This document shows, piece after piece, positions 54,007 through 63,552 of a stretch of DNA of 64,000 bases. Position 1 is the stretch's first letter. Each line of letters begins with the position of its first letter. Under the pieces are notes generated by a model, which was not told the origin of the DNA, did not search any database, and was given only the letters and a program-made list of their open reading frames with translations. The position numbers were made by a program, and so were the translations under genes. The DNA is taken from IMG/VR virus record IMGVR_UViG_3300018475_000011, positions 1-64,000 of that record. One strand, 5' to 3'. The stretch comes from a virus (lineage: Duplodnaviria; Caudoviricetes).

Positions 54007-54426
54007 ATGAAAGACCGTAATTTGCTTATATCCCGATTAAAAGAAGTCGGGGAAAACATCGCTAAAGAGCGTGGCATAACCCAAAAAGACGTTAAAGTAA
54101 AAGATAAGTTGGGCGTATGGGGAGCAGACGCATTGAAACACCTTGAAAAAGAGCATGGGGATTGTTCCGAAGAAATAACATGGATTGATGATAACGGGCA
54201 GAAAGTAGAGTTTCGTTACAGATTTTCAGACCCCGTTTTATCAGTTCTATATAAGGGCGACAACGGACAAGAAATCATGGCAAGCATAGAATACAGCAAT
54301 TTCAACCACATTACAAAGGAATACGACAGCGAATTTGCCGAACATGAATATATGGTATGGGGTGGTAGAAAAGGCATCGAACTATTAAATGATTTGCTTG
54401 AAAAATGCAAAAATGTATTGGATTGA
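54007..54426 (+). CDS. Hypothetical protein
   Basis: GGAAGG RBS. Confidence 0.7.
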   Translation: MKDRNLLISRLKEVGENIAKERGITQKDVKVKDKLGVWGADALKHLEKEHGDCSEEITWIDDNGQKVEFRYRFSDPVLSVLYKGDNGQEIMASIEYSNFNHITKEYDSEFAEHEYMVWGGRKGIELLNDLLEKCKNVLD

Positions 54427-54430
54427 TAGT

Positions 54431-54458
54431 AAAGGGCAAGTGAAAACTTGCTCTTTTA
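54431..54458 (+). terminator. Intrinsic terminator
   Basis: AAGGGCAAG-TGAAAA-CTTGCTCTTTT. Confidence 0.75.
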
Positions 54459-54470
54459 TTTTGCAAAATA

Positions 54471-54516
54471 TGTAATAATGTGTTGACAAATGCGTTACGA
54501 TATGCTATTATATAAT
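54471..54516 (+). promoter_or_regulatory. Class-I repeated promoter/operator, copy D
   Basis: TTGACA 54483, CGTTAC 54493, TATTAT 54506. Confidence 0.85.
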
Positions 54517-54558
54517 TAACAACCAACCAATAAAATCGAATAAAGGAGATATTAAATT

Positions 54559-54876
54559 ATGGAAGTATTATCATTAGTGTTAGGATTAACAATGAGTTTT
54601 TCAAAGGCGATTATCGTGGAATATTGCAGAATTAGTCGCCGTCTAAATGAATTTATCTGTATGGTTAATGCGGTGGTTAGCATGGCACTTCTTTTTTTGA
54701 ACAGAACAATGGAAACAGACAGCTTTGTATGCGGTTTGCTATTTGCCGTTAGTTTCTTTAGCGTATCGGAGATTGTAACAAGCGTTGTAGAAGATGCCCG
54801 CCGTAGAGAAGCAAAGGAATTACGTCAACGAAAAGAACGTATGCAGATACAAAGAGAATACAGAAAGGCAAGCTAA
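54559..54876 (+). CDS. Three-TM membrane protein
   Basis: AAGGAGA RBS; hydrophobic segments. Confidence 0.7.
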   Translation: MEVLSLVLGLTMSFSKAIIVEYCRISRRLNEFICMVNAVVSMALLFLNRTMETDSFVCGLLFAVSFFSVSEIVTSVVEDARRREAKELRQRKERMQIQREYRKAS

Positions 54877-54890
54877 AGGGGGACAATGAT

Positions 54891-55430
54891 ATGAGCGAAT
54901 TAAGTGCAAGAGAACAAATTAGAGCTTTCATGGGGAGCGAAACCCATTTATCCGAAAGGGAAATCAAGGTAATCGGGGATTTGCTCGAAGTTGATACAAT
55001 AGACGGAATGGAAATTGCAAAGGACTTTGATATTGCCGTAAACAATTTTTGCTTGAATGCAGACTTGTTCGGACGTTCTATTTCAAAAATCGAAAGCGAT
55101 GATATCCATGAATTTATTAAATATATGATATTTACATATATTCATCTTTCCGCAAAATGTTATCGGGCGGGAAGATACGATTTGCGTAATGAAGATGCTT
55201 GTAGAAACGCCAATATGATTGCTAACGTATGGACGGAATTGGAATCAGCTCTTTCTTCCGAAATGCGTAACAAAGCCGAAGCGATTGCAAACTATTGGAG
55301 TATTCATACGCATAGAACTTTACAACAATCTCTTATGAGAGTATTGTTCTGTTATATTAAAAATAGAACAGACAAAGAATATGCAGAAATCAGCGACATT
55401 GTTGCAGATGCAAGCATGAGATTTATATAG
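54891..55430 (+). CDS. Hypothetical protein
   Basis: AAGGGGG RBS. Confidence 0.75.
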   Translation: MSELSAREQIRAFMGSETHLSEREIKVIGDLLEVDTIDGMEIAKDFDIAVNNFCLNADLFGRSISKIESDDIHEFIKYMIFTYIHLSAKCYRAGRYDLRNEDACRNANMIANVWTELESALSSEMRNKAEAIANYWSIHTHRTLQQSLMRVLFCYIKNRTDKEYAEISDIVADASMRFI

Positions 55431-55446
55431 AAGGGAGCGTGATAAT

Positions 55447-55656
55447 ATGGGATATGGTCACTTACGGGACATGGTAAAAATCATTTCTGCTGACGAAGAA
55501 ACCGAATACCGTAACGGAACTTGCATTGTTACAGAAGCAAATAAGTTTTTTGCGGAGTGTAATACCAATGGCAATCAGATAAAAGACGTACAGTATTTTG
55601 CCGATGCAAAAGGTATCGTTAGGAGTATTGTTATTCGATATTCTGTGGTTATATAA
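55447..55656 (+). CDS. Hypothetical protein
   Basis: AAGGGAG RBS. Confidence 0.65.
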   Translation: MGYGHLRDMVKIISADEETEYRNGTCIVTEANKFFAECNTNGNQIKDVQYFADAKGIVRSIVIRYSVVI

Positions 55657-55662
55657 AGAAAA

Positions 55663-55696
55663 GGCAACCTTCTCATTAAGAGTGGGTTGTTTTTTT
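55663..55696 (+). terminator. Intrinsic terminator
   Basis: GGCAACC-TTCTC...GAGT-GGGTTGTT followed by a T-tract. Confidence 0.65.
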
Positions 55697-55710
55697 ATAA
55701 AATACATTAA

Positions 55711-55749
55711 GTGTGTTGACAAGTGCGTTACGCAATGTTATAATATAAT
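55711..55749 (+). promoter_or_regulatory. Class-I repeated promoter/operator, copy E
   Basis: TTGACA 55716, CGTTAC 55726, TATAAT 55739. Confidence 0.8.
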
Positions 55750-55812
55750 AAACACAATCAATACTAATCGGGCAAAGAAATAGCGGTACGGAAAGGAGAA
55801 TATGGATAGAAG

Positions 55813-56064
55813 ATGAAGAATGAAATGCAGACTAAAACATTGTATCGGGTGTCTGAATTAGCAAAGATATTGGGCTTAAAATCAAAAGCGTTTCGTGAAA
55901 TAAATGAAAAAGAAGGTAACCCATTGGGATTAGTCGGAAACGACAAGGTGCATATTGCCGACATTGATACATGGGTGGAAGAATGGAAACGTAAGCACGA
56001 TACAAAAGAGTATTATGCCGATAAAATATTTGAATTGGCAAAACAGAGAAATTCTATTAAATAA
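55813..56064 (+). CDS. Excisionase/MerR-like HTH protein
   Basis: LYRVSELAKILGL...IADIDTWVE. Confidence 0.55.
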   Translation: MKNEMQTKTLYRVSELAKILGLKSKAFREINEKEGNPLGLVGNDKVHIADIDTWVEEWKRKHDTKEYYADKIFELAKQRNSIK

Positions 56065-56076
56065 GGAGATAAGGCA

Positions 56077-56568
56077 ATGCTTATAGGCGTAAAAGAAGTG
56101 GGAAAGCCATTACAATTTGTTCAAACAGAAGAAAAATATCGGTCTGATTGTTGCAAGAAACATATCGGGCTTGACATTGATAACGATAGGTGCGATTTTG
56201 TTGGATTAAGTCAAGACGGTCTTTTCTTAGCCGTAGACGAAGAAGGTCTTTTGAAAAATAGCCCGACAAATTTTTATCTTGAAATGCAAAATCCACAATA
56301 TCCAATTCAAAAAATGGTGGGTACGGGCGTTTTTGTTCGCATTAAGCCCGTAAACATATATGAAGAAGAAATATGGGATTACGAAGTTACTGATTTGACA
56401 CAAGCTGATATGGCATTTATATTGACGTTATTAAATGACCGATATCAAAACGAATTAAGTAAAAACTTCAAAGATTATACGTTTGGAAGTATGCCAATAC
56501 AGTTTCAAACATTTAATGATGATGATGATTTCTTTGAGTTTTTATCAAAAATAACGGGGGGAAGATAG
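56077..56568 (+). CDS. DUF3846-like protein
   Basis: LAVDEEGLLKNSPTNF...MVGTGVFVR. Confidence 0.6.
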   Translation: MLIGVKEVGKPLQFVQTEEKYRSDCCKKHIGLDIDNDRCDFVGLSQDGLFLAVDEEGLLKNSPTNFYLEMQNPQYPIQKMVGTGVFVRIKPVNIYEEEIWDYEVTDLTQADMAFILTLLNDRYQNELSKNFKDYTFGSMPIQFQTFNDDDDFFEFLSKITGGR

Positions 56569-56576
56569 AAATAGTT

Positions 56577-57311
56577 ATGAAAAAACAACACACACCAAAT
56601 AAAACCAACTTGGAAGGCGTAAAAGAGATTGCAAAATTATTGTATATGGCTGTGGAAATTAAGCCAAACGAAATTGTACCCTTTATTGTAAACCACCCTT
56701 TCATCGAAAGTACCCATGTTCAAATAGAAGGCAAGGGATTTGACCTTTTAGATATTACAAAGGAAGAAAATGCAAAAATGGCACAAGAGATGTGGTTTCG
56801 TCGATTTGACGAAGCAACGTCCATACACGACATAACTTGTCATGTGTCAAAGCCATATAGATTGACTTTTTTGAAGTATGCAAAAGAGTATTTATCATTG
56901 GCTGACTTTTCATCATATCTTGCAGAATCTTGGGTTACAAGCGAAAACGGAAACAACGATGTTAATTGTTCGTTAAAAGAGATTGTGTCATGGTTTAGAA
57001 AGGCTGATAAAAAAGCTCTTATGGGCGAAGAAGATTACGAAATATATAATAATTTCCCCGAAACATTTACCGTATATCGTGGCGTGGCTGTGGGGCGTGT
57101 AAAAAACGGGTTGTCATGGACTAGAAATCTCAAAACAGCTCAATGGTTTGCAAATCGTTGGGGAAAGAAAGGATATATTCAAAAAGCAGAAATATCCAAA
57201 GAAAATGCTCTTGCGTACTTAAATAGTCGTGGGGAAGATGAAGTCGTAGTGGACGTATTTGCGATTAAAAATAATATAGTTCGCATGGAAGCGGAAGGAG
57301 ATGCAGAATAA
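56577..57311 (+). CDS. Putative ADP-ribosyltransferase (R-S-E clade)
   Basis: TVYRG, GLSWT, RGEDEVVV in the canonical order. Confidence 0.6.
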   Translation: MKKQHTPNKTNLEGVKEIAKLLYMAVEIKPNEIVPFIVNHPFIESTHVQIEGKGFDLLDITKEENAKMAQEMWFRRFDEATSIHDITCHVSKPYRLTFLKYAKEYLSLADFSSYLAESWVTSENGNNDVNCSLKEIVSWFRKADKKALMGEEDYEIYNNFPETFTVYRGVAVGRVKNGLSWTRNLKTAQWFANRWGKKGYIQKAEISKENALAYLNSRGEDEVVVDVFAIKNNIVRMEAEGDAE

Positions 57312-57577
57312 TGGCTGATATGGAGAAAATGAACAAATATGTGAAGATTGCCGAAAGAGCTGAAAAGTCGGGAATGTATGTAATGGATAGGTTGAGCGTC
57401 CTTATGGATATAGAGAGTGCGGATTTGCGTTTCAATATCCGTCTTGATGATTGGCTCAATGCCGATGATGAAAATTTCTTCCATGATTTTACGGGCATTG
57501 TCACGAACATCGAAAGAACAAAATTTCCCGCAACGGAATTTAATCTGTTCGTGCCAAGATTTGCGGGAGAAGAATAA
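57311..57577 (+). CDS. DUF6874-like small protein
   Basis: MDIE...LDDWLNADDENFFHDFTGI...FVPRF. Confidence 0.55.
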   Translation: MADMEKMNKYVKIAERAEKSGMYVMDRLSVLMDIESADLRFNIRLDDWLNADDENFFHDFTGIVTNIERTKFPATEFNLFVPRFAGEE

Positions 57578-58059
57578 TGAAACGTATTGAAACAATGATA
57601 ATTGAGAAGGTTCTTTTGGCATCGTGCTTTGGCTCAAACCCCAAACTCGCAAAAGAATACGGAACGACGGAAGTTACTATTGATTTTCAAAGAAACGGTA
57701 ACGGAAAAGAGATTGTTGACTTTATGAGCTATAATCCCAAAGATGATATTGTAAAATGTTATGAAATCAAAGTGACAATGCAAGATTTTAATAGCAATGC
57801 AAAAAAATCATGGTACGGCAACTATAATTATTTGGTGTTGTCTGCGGAATTATATAATGAGCAATCGCTTGAATTTTGGAAAGAAAAAACTCCCGTTACC
57901 GTAGGAATTATTGTGATAAATACGGAAACAACAGTAAAAATGTGCGTGAAACGTGCAAAATTTATTTGTTGCTCCATGGATAAAAGTGCGTTGAAAGATA
58001 GCCTTATCCGAACATTATTTTATCAAAATCAAAAAGACGATTGGTATTTAAGAAAATAG
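57577..58059 (+). CDS. PD-(D/E)XK nuclease-fold protein (MmcB-like)
   Basis: TEV...VDFM...CYEIKVTMQDF...GNYNYLV. Confidence 0.7.
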   Translation: MKRIETMIIEKVLLASCFGSNPKLAKEYGTTEVTIDFQRNGNGKEIVDFMSYNPKDDIVKCYEIKVTMQDFNSNAKKSWYGNYNYLVLSAELYNEQSLEFWKEKTPVTVGIIVINTETTVKMCVKRAKFICCSMDKSALKDSLIRTLFYQNQKDDWYLRK

Positions 58060-58065
58060 AAACAC

Positions 58066-58098
58066 AAGGGTCATTTGGTTAATTCCGAATGACTTTTT
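58066..58098 (+). terminator. Intrinsic terminator
   Basis: AAGGGTCATTTGG / CCGAATGACTTTT. Confidence 0.75.
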
Positions 58099-58109
58099 AT
58101 TTAACAAAT

Positions 58110-58155
58110 TGCAATAATGTGTTGACATTATCGTTACGCTATGCTATAATATATT
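58110..58155 (+). promoter_or_regulatory. Class-I repeated promoter/operator, copy F
   Basis: TTGACA 58122, CGTTAC 58132, TATAAT 58145. Confidence 0.85.
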
Positions 58156-58178
58156 TAGACGAAAGGGGTGGCAACAAT

Positions 58179-58448
58179 ATGGCTATGACAGAAAAGCAGA
58201 TAAAAAGACGCATGGACGAAGCATGGGAAAGTCACTATATACAGTACGATATGGAAGCCGAATGGTACGCAACAGATGATTTTCACGAATGGATATGCGA
58301 TATCCCGTCGAAGCAGATAACCGTCAAAATGGTACTGATTGAAGATGCGAAGAGAGTTACCATTTACGAAGCTCCATTGGAGAAACAAAGACGATATGAT
58401 TATGTAAGAGAAACCGAATGGAAAGTACGGGGACATTATAGTTGGTAA
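58179..58448 (+). CDS. Hypothetical protein
   Basis: GAAAGGGG RBS. Confidence 0.7.
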   Translation: MAMTEKQIKRRMDEAWESHYIQYDMEAEWYATDDFHEWICDIPSKQITVKMVLIEDAKRVTIYEAPLEKQRRYDYVRETEWKVRGHYSW

Positions 58449-58469
58449 AACAAGGGGGATTAGAGAGTT

Positions 58470-58793
58470 ATGTTGTATGAAATTAGAAAGGCTGATGTGC
58501 AGAATTTCAAAGAGATTACTATATGGAAGCACGCCAACGAAGATATATGGGAAGTACGCCCTAATGATTGGCACATTGGTTCGGATATTCTTATCCTTGT
58601 TGATGAAGAAAGGGTAATGGAGTTCGATTATGAAGGACAGCATTTTTCGATTCTATTGAAGAAGGGATATCCCGAATACTTTACCAAAGAAGAACCATTT
58701 AAGGATATGGGGATTCGCAAGGTGGTGTATTTGCGATTTACAGACGATGATTTTGTAAGCAAACAAATACCTACGTTAATAAGAAAGGGGTAA
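58470..58793 (+). CDS. Hypothetical protein
   Basis: AAGGGGG RBS. Confidence 0.7.
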   Translation: MLYEIRKADVQNFKEITIWKHANEDIWEVRPNDWHIGSDILILVDEERVMEFDYEGQHFSILLKKGYPEYFTKEEPFKDMGIRKVVYLRFTDDDFVSKQIPTLIRKG

Positions 58794-58794
58794 C

Positions 58795-59022
58795 ATGAAA
58801 ACATTAAGAGATTTAATGCCGTTCATATCTTATACGGCTGATTTACAGATTATGGAAACAGAAAGGGATTTCAAGAAATACGATTATGTCTTTCCCAAAT
58901 GTGACATTATCAAAAGGAAAACCATTGAAGAACATTATCCCGAATTGCTCGATAGAGAGCTTTCCGACGGCATTCATGGAGAAGGAGTAAGGGACGGCGT
59001 ATATATTCACTTATATAAGTAA
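58795..59022 (+). CDS. Hypothetical protein
   Basis: GAAAGGGG RBS. Confidence 0.7.
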   Translation: MKTLRDLMPFISYTADLQIMETERDFKKYDYVFPKCDIIKRKTIEEHYPELLDRELSDGIHGEGVRDGVYIHLYK

Positions 59023-59033
59023 GGGGGACACAC

Positions 59034-60137
59034 ATGAGAAGAAATAGTAACTCAAACGATGTAGATTTAGCTTTGAAATGGGTAAAAGGATTGACCGAAG
59101 ATATGGGGGCATTGGAAAAGCTCGTTTCCGTTCCTAGTCCCGAAGATATAAGAAAGCTCTTTTTGATAGATGCTTCTACAACGCTTGAAGAATCAGCAGA
59201 GTTGATGAAGAAACATAAAGAGTTTTATAAATTAATGTGCCAAGCAAGAGAATTTGACAAGTCTGCATATACGGAAACCGTTAATGATTTGGACGCAATA
59301 AGTATGTTGCAAATATGGGCTAGAAATAAGCAGATATTTTCATTTGATGCGGATTTTCTTGCTGAATTGCTTAATACAGATACGCCAACATTTGAAAAGG
59401 ATAGTTGGGATTACCTACCCTACAATCCGTTTTACGTTGATTTATCTGATAGCGAAGAGTTAAGTCAAAAAATAGGCAAGGGATTCTTTTTGTATATAGA
59501 AAAAACGGGAAACGATACGTTTATGCCCGAAATGCAAAACAGTTATTACGTTCATTTGTGCCGTGTAACTGATGAAATGTACTTTTGCGATATGTTTTCA
59601 CGCAAGAATACAAGCGGTACGGTGGAAATTAATAAAGACGCAACCGTAGTCGTTCCCACTATGGCAATGGATAAAAAACACGGCGAAATGTTTTCGATAG
59701 AAGATATTAAAACGGGCGAAGCTACATTGAGTAGCGGTTTATATGATTTGTTGGTTATGCAAATTCTTACCTATTTATCAAGCCTTGAACCCGATATTAA
59801 GGAAAACAGTATTACAAAAAATACATACAGAAAGCCGAAAACAGATTCCAAGCCAAAGAATAAGTTTTCGGAAGTGCAAAAATGGAATGTCGGAGAATCG
59901 TTTGGCGTTTCTTATAGGAAATGGGAAAAGGAACGCTCTGCGTCCCATGGCGGTCATGGTGGCGGTAGTGGAGCAAGCGGAGTTAAGAAGCGTCCACATT
60001 CCCGTAAAGCCCATTGGTCGCATTATTGGTATGGAAGTGGCGACAACAAAGTGCGTCGCCCTAAGTGGATATCGGCAACCTTTGTTAATGCAAGTGATAC
60101 GGAAATGAAAGTAACAGTAAATACAGTTAGTAAATAA
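59034..60137 (+). CDS. AcrVA2/FinQ-like protein
   Basis: WARNKQIFSFDADFLAELLNT...LPYNPFYVD and C-terminal KRPHSRKAHWSHYWYG...KWISATFVN. Confidence 0.6.
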   Translation: MRRNSNSNDVDLALKWVKGLTEDMGALEKLVSVPSPEDIRKLFLIDASTTLEESAELMKKHKEFYKLMCQAREFDKSAYTETVNDLDAISMLQIWARNKQIFSFDADFLAELLNTDTPTFEKDSWDYLPYNPFYVDLSDSEELSQKIGKGFFLYIEKTGNDTFMPEMQNSYYVHLCRVTDEMYFCDMFSRKNTSGTVEINKDATVVVPTMAMDKKHGEMFSIEDIKTGEATLSSGLYDLLVMQILTYLSSLEPDIKENSITKNTYRKPKTDSKPKNKFSEVQKWNVGESFGVSYRKWEKERSASHGGHGGGSGASGVKKRPHSRKAHWSHYWYGSGDNKVRRPKWISATFVNASDTEMKVTVNTVSK

Positions 60138-60139
60138 GC

Positions 60140-60172
60140 AAAAGCTACCCTTTTTTTAGGGTGGCTTTTTTA
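60140..60172 (+). terminator. Intrinsic terminator
   Basis: AAAAGCTACCCT / AGGGTGGCTTTT. Confidence 0.8.
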
Positions 60173-60180
60173 TTTTAATA

Positions 60181-60226
60181 TGCAATTATGTGTTGACATT
60201 ATCGTTACGCTATGTTATAATATATT
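60181..60226 (+). promoter_or_regulatory. Class-I repeated promoter/operator, copy G
   Basis: TTGACA 60193, CGTTAC 60203, TATAAT 60216. Confidence 0.85.
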
Positions 60227-60233
60227 TAGATGA

Positions 60234-60622
<389 letters not shown>

Positions 60623-60623
<1 letters not shown>

Positions 60624-60853
60624 TGAGTTGGGAAGAAATTAAAAAGGATTTAATCAAAAGAAATTATAAATTTGATACTAACAATGTATTTGCTAGGATT
60701 TGGTGCGATACAGAAGAAGATGCAAAAGATATTCAATCATATTTAACAAGATTTTACTTTTATAAAGAAGTTGGGGAATATGGTTGGGAAAATGTGTATG
60801 ATTATGATACCGACCATTCATTTACGGTTTGCGTAATCGGATTGGAAATGTAA
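60623..60853 (+). CDS. Hypothetical protein
   Basis: TAATG coupling with the previous gene. Confidence 0.65.
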
Positions 60854-60875
60854 AGAAAACAAAAGGAGATTCATT

Positions 60876-61079
60876 ATGGCAAAGATAATCGCATTATTGC
60901 ATTACAAAAAACCTTTAACCCAAGGTGCAGATTACGCTACTGTATCTGAAAGAGAATATCCCAAAAAGGATTTGTATAAATTCTACTCAAAGGATAATTT
61001 ACCGCAAAAATATAGAAAAGTAATAGAAAGACCTTGCGATAAAGATGCAAATAATATTGAGAAATGGTATTTTGAGTAA
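60876..61079 (+). CDS. Hypothetical protein
   Basis: AAGGAGA RBS. Confidence 0.65.
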   Translation: MAKIIALLHYKKPLTQGADYATVSEREYPKKDLYKFYSKDNLPQKYRKVIERPCDKDANNIEKWYFE

Positions 61080-61126
61080 CCAAAACCGATTCCACATTTT
61101 ATTTAAGAAAAGGAGATTAAGAAGAA

Positions 61127-61318
61127 ATGGAAAGAGAAAATCATTTTTATATAGAAACATTTGACGAAGAAATCAATATGCGTGTTCAGTTTCATTATTG
61201 GACGGAAGCGGATAAGTTTTATTCAAGTACAGAATTGGAAAATGGCACAACGGCGTGGCAAGGAGAGATAAGCGAAGATTCGTTTGTAAGTGCATTAGAA
61301 ACATTGCATAACGCATAA
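61127..61318 (+). CDS. Small acidic protein
   Basis: AAGGAGA RBS. Confidence 0.65.
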   Translation: MERENHFYIETFDEEINMRVQFHYWTEADKFYSSTELENGTTAWQGEISEDSFVSALETLHNA

Positions 61319-61344
61319 ATGGTACACATCTGAAAGGAAATAGT

Positions 61345-61533
61345 ATGGCGATAGCAACAGAAATGTATTGCGACGGGTGCGGAGCATTACGACATTATAG
61401 CGGTAGCGTAGGCAAAGTCCTTATGGAGCGAATGGCAAGGAAAGACGGTTGGCAAATTGGAAAATATCATCTTTGCCAAGAGTGTAAAGCCAAAGGCGTA
61501 AATTGCCTAAAAAAAGAAGGGTGGATAAAATAA
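61345..61533 (+). CDS. Small Zn-finger protein
   Basis: CDGC...CQEC. Confidence 0.7.
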   Translation: MAIATEMYCDGCGALRHYSGSVGKVLMERMARKDGWQIGKYHLCQECKAKGVNCLKKEGWIK

Positions 61534-61534
61534 A

Positions 61535-62215
61535 GTGTTCAATAAGGAGTGGATAAAAAACGTAAAAATAAAAGAAGATAGGGTAATTGCTAAACTATAT
61601 GATAATACAAAAACATTTAAGGGTTCAGTTGTTATTCCTACGGCATATTACCCATTGTGTAACAATGAAATAAGAGTATTTCATGCTGATAATTGCAAGG
61701 AAATAACCGACGAAAAGATACTTTCCATATTGGATAAGGTAGAGTACAAGGTGGGGCATTGTTATACAAATAGCGAAGAATTATGTAGATTGTTAAAGGA
61801 AGCGGGATATGATGCGAAAACATATTCGGGGTGGTTCTTTATTTGTGAAAGCGAATATCCCGTACATCACGCATGGGTAGTAGTGGGCGACAGCGTAATA
61901 GATTTAACCGACGATTTTACAATGATGTGTTCGGATAGCGATAAATGGAGCGGTATTGGGTCAAAAGAAAAATGGGGTCAACAAATGGTTGATTTCTATA
62001 AGGAAATAAATGATAAGCAGATACCTAATAGCGTAAGAATAGCTCCCGTAGGCGTGCCGACAAGCTCGTTTTTATATGTAGGGTGCGAAAGCAATCCATT
62101 ACAAGCAAAAATGCTGTGGAATGACTTAATGGCGACATATCCAAACCATACAACACGGCGACATAACTCAAAGGGGATAACCCCGACGCAACAATATGTA
62201 ATGCAACGCTTATAA
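61535..62215 (+). CDS. Possible transglutaminase/papain-like protein (GTG start)
   Basis: GHCYTNS...HHAWVVVGDSVIDLT. Confidence 0.6.
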   Translation: MFNKEWIKNVKIKEDRVIAKLYDNTKTFKGSVVIPTAYYPLCNNEIRVFHADNCKEITDEKILSILDKVEYKVGHCYTNSEELCRLLKEAGYDAKTYSGWFFICESEYPVHHAWVVVGDSVIDLTDDFTMMCSDSDKWSGIGSKEKWGQQMVDFYKEINDKQIPNSVRIAPVGVPTSSFLYVGCESNPLQAKMLWNDLMATYPNHTTRRHNSKGITPTQQYVMQRL

Positions 62216-62350
62216 TATGCCAAAATCCCTTGCATATCGTCGATTTGACGGCACTTAAAATGCAAGACGATAAAATATAGGGGTGGCGGTAAAAAGACGC
62301 TAAAAACGGCAAATAAAGGGGCGTGTTAGAAAAAATATTTTAACAAAATA

Positions 62351-62396
62351 TGCAATTATGTGTTGACAAATGCGTTACAGTATGTTATTATATAAT
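62351..62396 (+). promoter_or_regulatory. Class-I repeated promoter/operator, copy H
   Basis: TTGACA 62363, CGTTAC 62373, TATTAT 62386. Confidence 0.85.
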
Positions 62397-62441
62397 TAAC
62401 AACCAACCAAATACAACTGAATAAAGGGAGATAACGGGAGC

Positions 62442-62609
62442 ATGAGTGAGTACAAGTATGATTGTATAATGAGTTTATGCGAAAAGGAATGGAACGCTAG
62501 ATTGGGGGAATCTGACGGTCTGTGGAATACTCAAACAGTTCAGACAAAAAACAAATTCTTTGAGAAGATGTGTCGTGAATTAGAGAGTGAAGAAAGGTGG
62601 AGAGTGTAA
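62442..62609 (+). CDS. 55-aa protein (not in the ORF track)
   Basis: MSEYKYDCIMSLCEKEWNARLGESDGLWN...ERWRV; first ORF after promoter H; GGGAG RBS. Confidence 0.55.
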   Translation: MSEYKYDCIMSLCEKEWNARLGESDGLWNTQTVQTKNKFFEKMCRELESEERWRV

Positions 62610-62646
62610 CAACACTCTCCATACATTACAAATAGGGAGATAAGAA

Positions 62647-62913
62647 ATGAAAGTTTTTCACTTAAAGGGTGCAAGTCAAGAAACCAAAAATGAATTTATG
62701 AATTATTTGGAGAAATGCCTTATATCTCAATGTATAGAACAGCATAGAGAAAAAGATATTACCGTTATAATGAAGGGTGGCGTAGAAAACTACGAAATAC
62801 ACCACGAAAACAACGATGATTATATTTCAATCCAATATAAGAATGGAGAAGTGTGGGAATACCGTGATGTTGATTTTGGTGCTGACGGCATGGAATATAA
62901 GCGTGTCAAATAG
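62647..62913 (+). CDS. Hypothetical protein
   Basis: AGGGAGA RBS. Confidence 0.7.
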   Translation: MKVFHLKGASQETKNEFMNYLEKCLISQCIEQHREKDITVIMKGGVENYEIHHENNDDYISIQYKNGEVWEYRDVDFGADGMEYKRVK

Positions 62914-62928
62914 CAGAAAGGCAGAAGC

Positions 62929-63312
62929 ATGAATATTAAAGAATTTAGCGTCGGACAGAATGTATATATTAGACTTTGCGGAAACGCAAGTAGGGGGAAA
63001 AGCGAAGATGCCCTTATCGAAGAATGGGAAATTGTTTCAGTTGGAAGAAAACTGATTAAGGCAAAACGCAAGGGTTGGACGGACGCTTGTGCGGTAACAT
63101 TTGAAAAGAGAGAACACGGGTATAGCGATAAATTTGTCGAAAAGACGAATACTTGCGTCGATTTTATCTTGTATAGTAGTCGGAAAGAAATAGAAGATGA
63201 AATTGAGCGGGAGAGATTACTTTGCTCTATATCAAATTATTTTCGTGGCTACGGGGAGAAGAAAGTATCTCTTGAAAATCTTAGGCTGATAGCGGAAATG
63301 ATTGGTGTATAG
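62929..63312 (+). CDS. Hypothetical protein (beta-barrel-like N-terminus)
   Basis: FSVGQNVYI...SVGRKLIK. Confidence 0.7.
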   Translation: MNIKEFSVGQNVYIRLCGNASRGKSEDALIEEWEIVSVGRKLIKAKRKGWTDACAVTFEKREHGYSDKFVEKTNTCVDFILYSSRKEIEDEIERERLLCSISNYFRGYGEKKVSLENLRLIAEMIGV

Positions 63313-63313
63313 T

Positions 63314-63535
63314 ATGAGTGCAAAAAGAAAACACGCACACAAACGGCAAGATATTTACAAAACGTCTTACGATGAACTCATTAAGAGTGCAAAAAGAAAA
63401 CACAATGAAGAATTTTATATTTTCAAAACCATTGTGGGCGGTGTAGAGTGGTATAGTGAGTGTTCAGTAGATACAATGGGAAGTAGCATTGAGTATTGGA
63501 AGAAAATAAATGGTAAATGGCAGATAGTAAGCTGA
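63314..63535 (+). CDS. Hypothetical protein
   Basis: Coupled ORF. Confidence 0.55.
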   Translation: MSAKRKHAHKRQDIYKTSYDELIKSAKRKHNEEFYIFKTIVGGVEWYSECSVDTMGSSIEYWKKINGKWQIVS

Positions 63536-63552
63536 TAAAAAGGAGATTTACA

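Noticed and set aside
55813-56064. ICE excisionase implying an integrated element
   Set aside because: No integrase or att site nearby; treated as a generic HTH protein.
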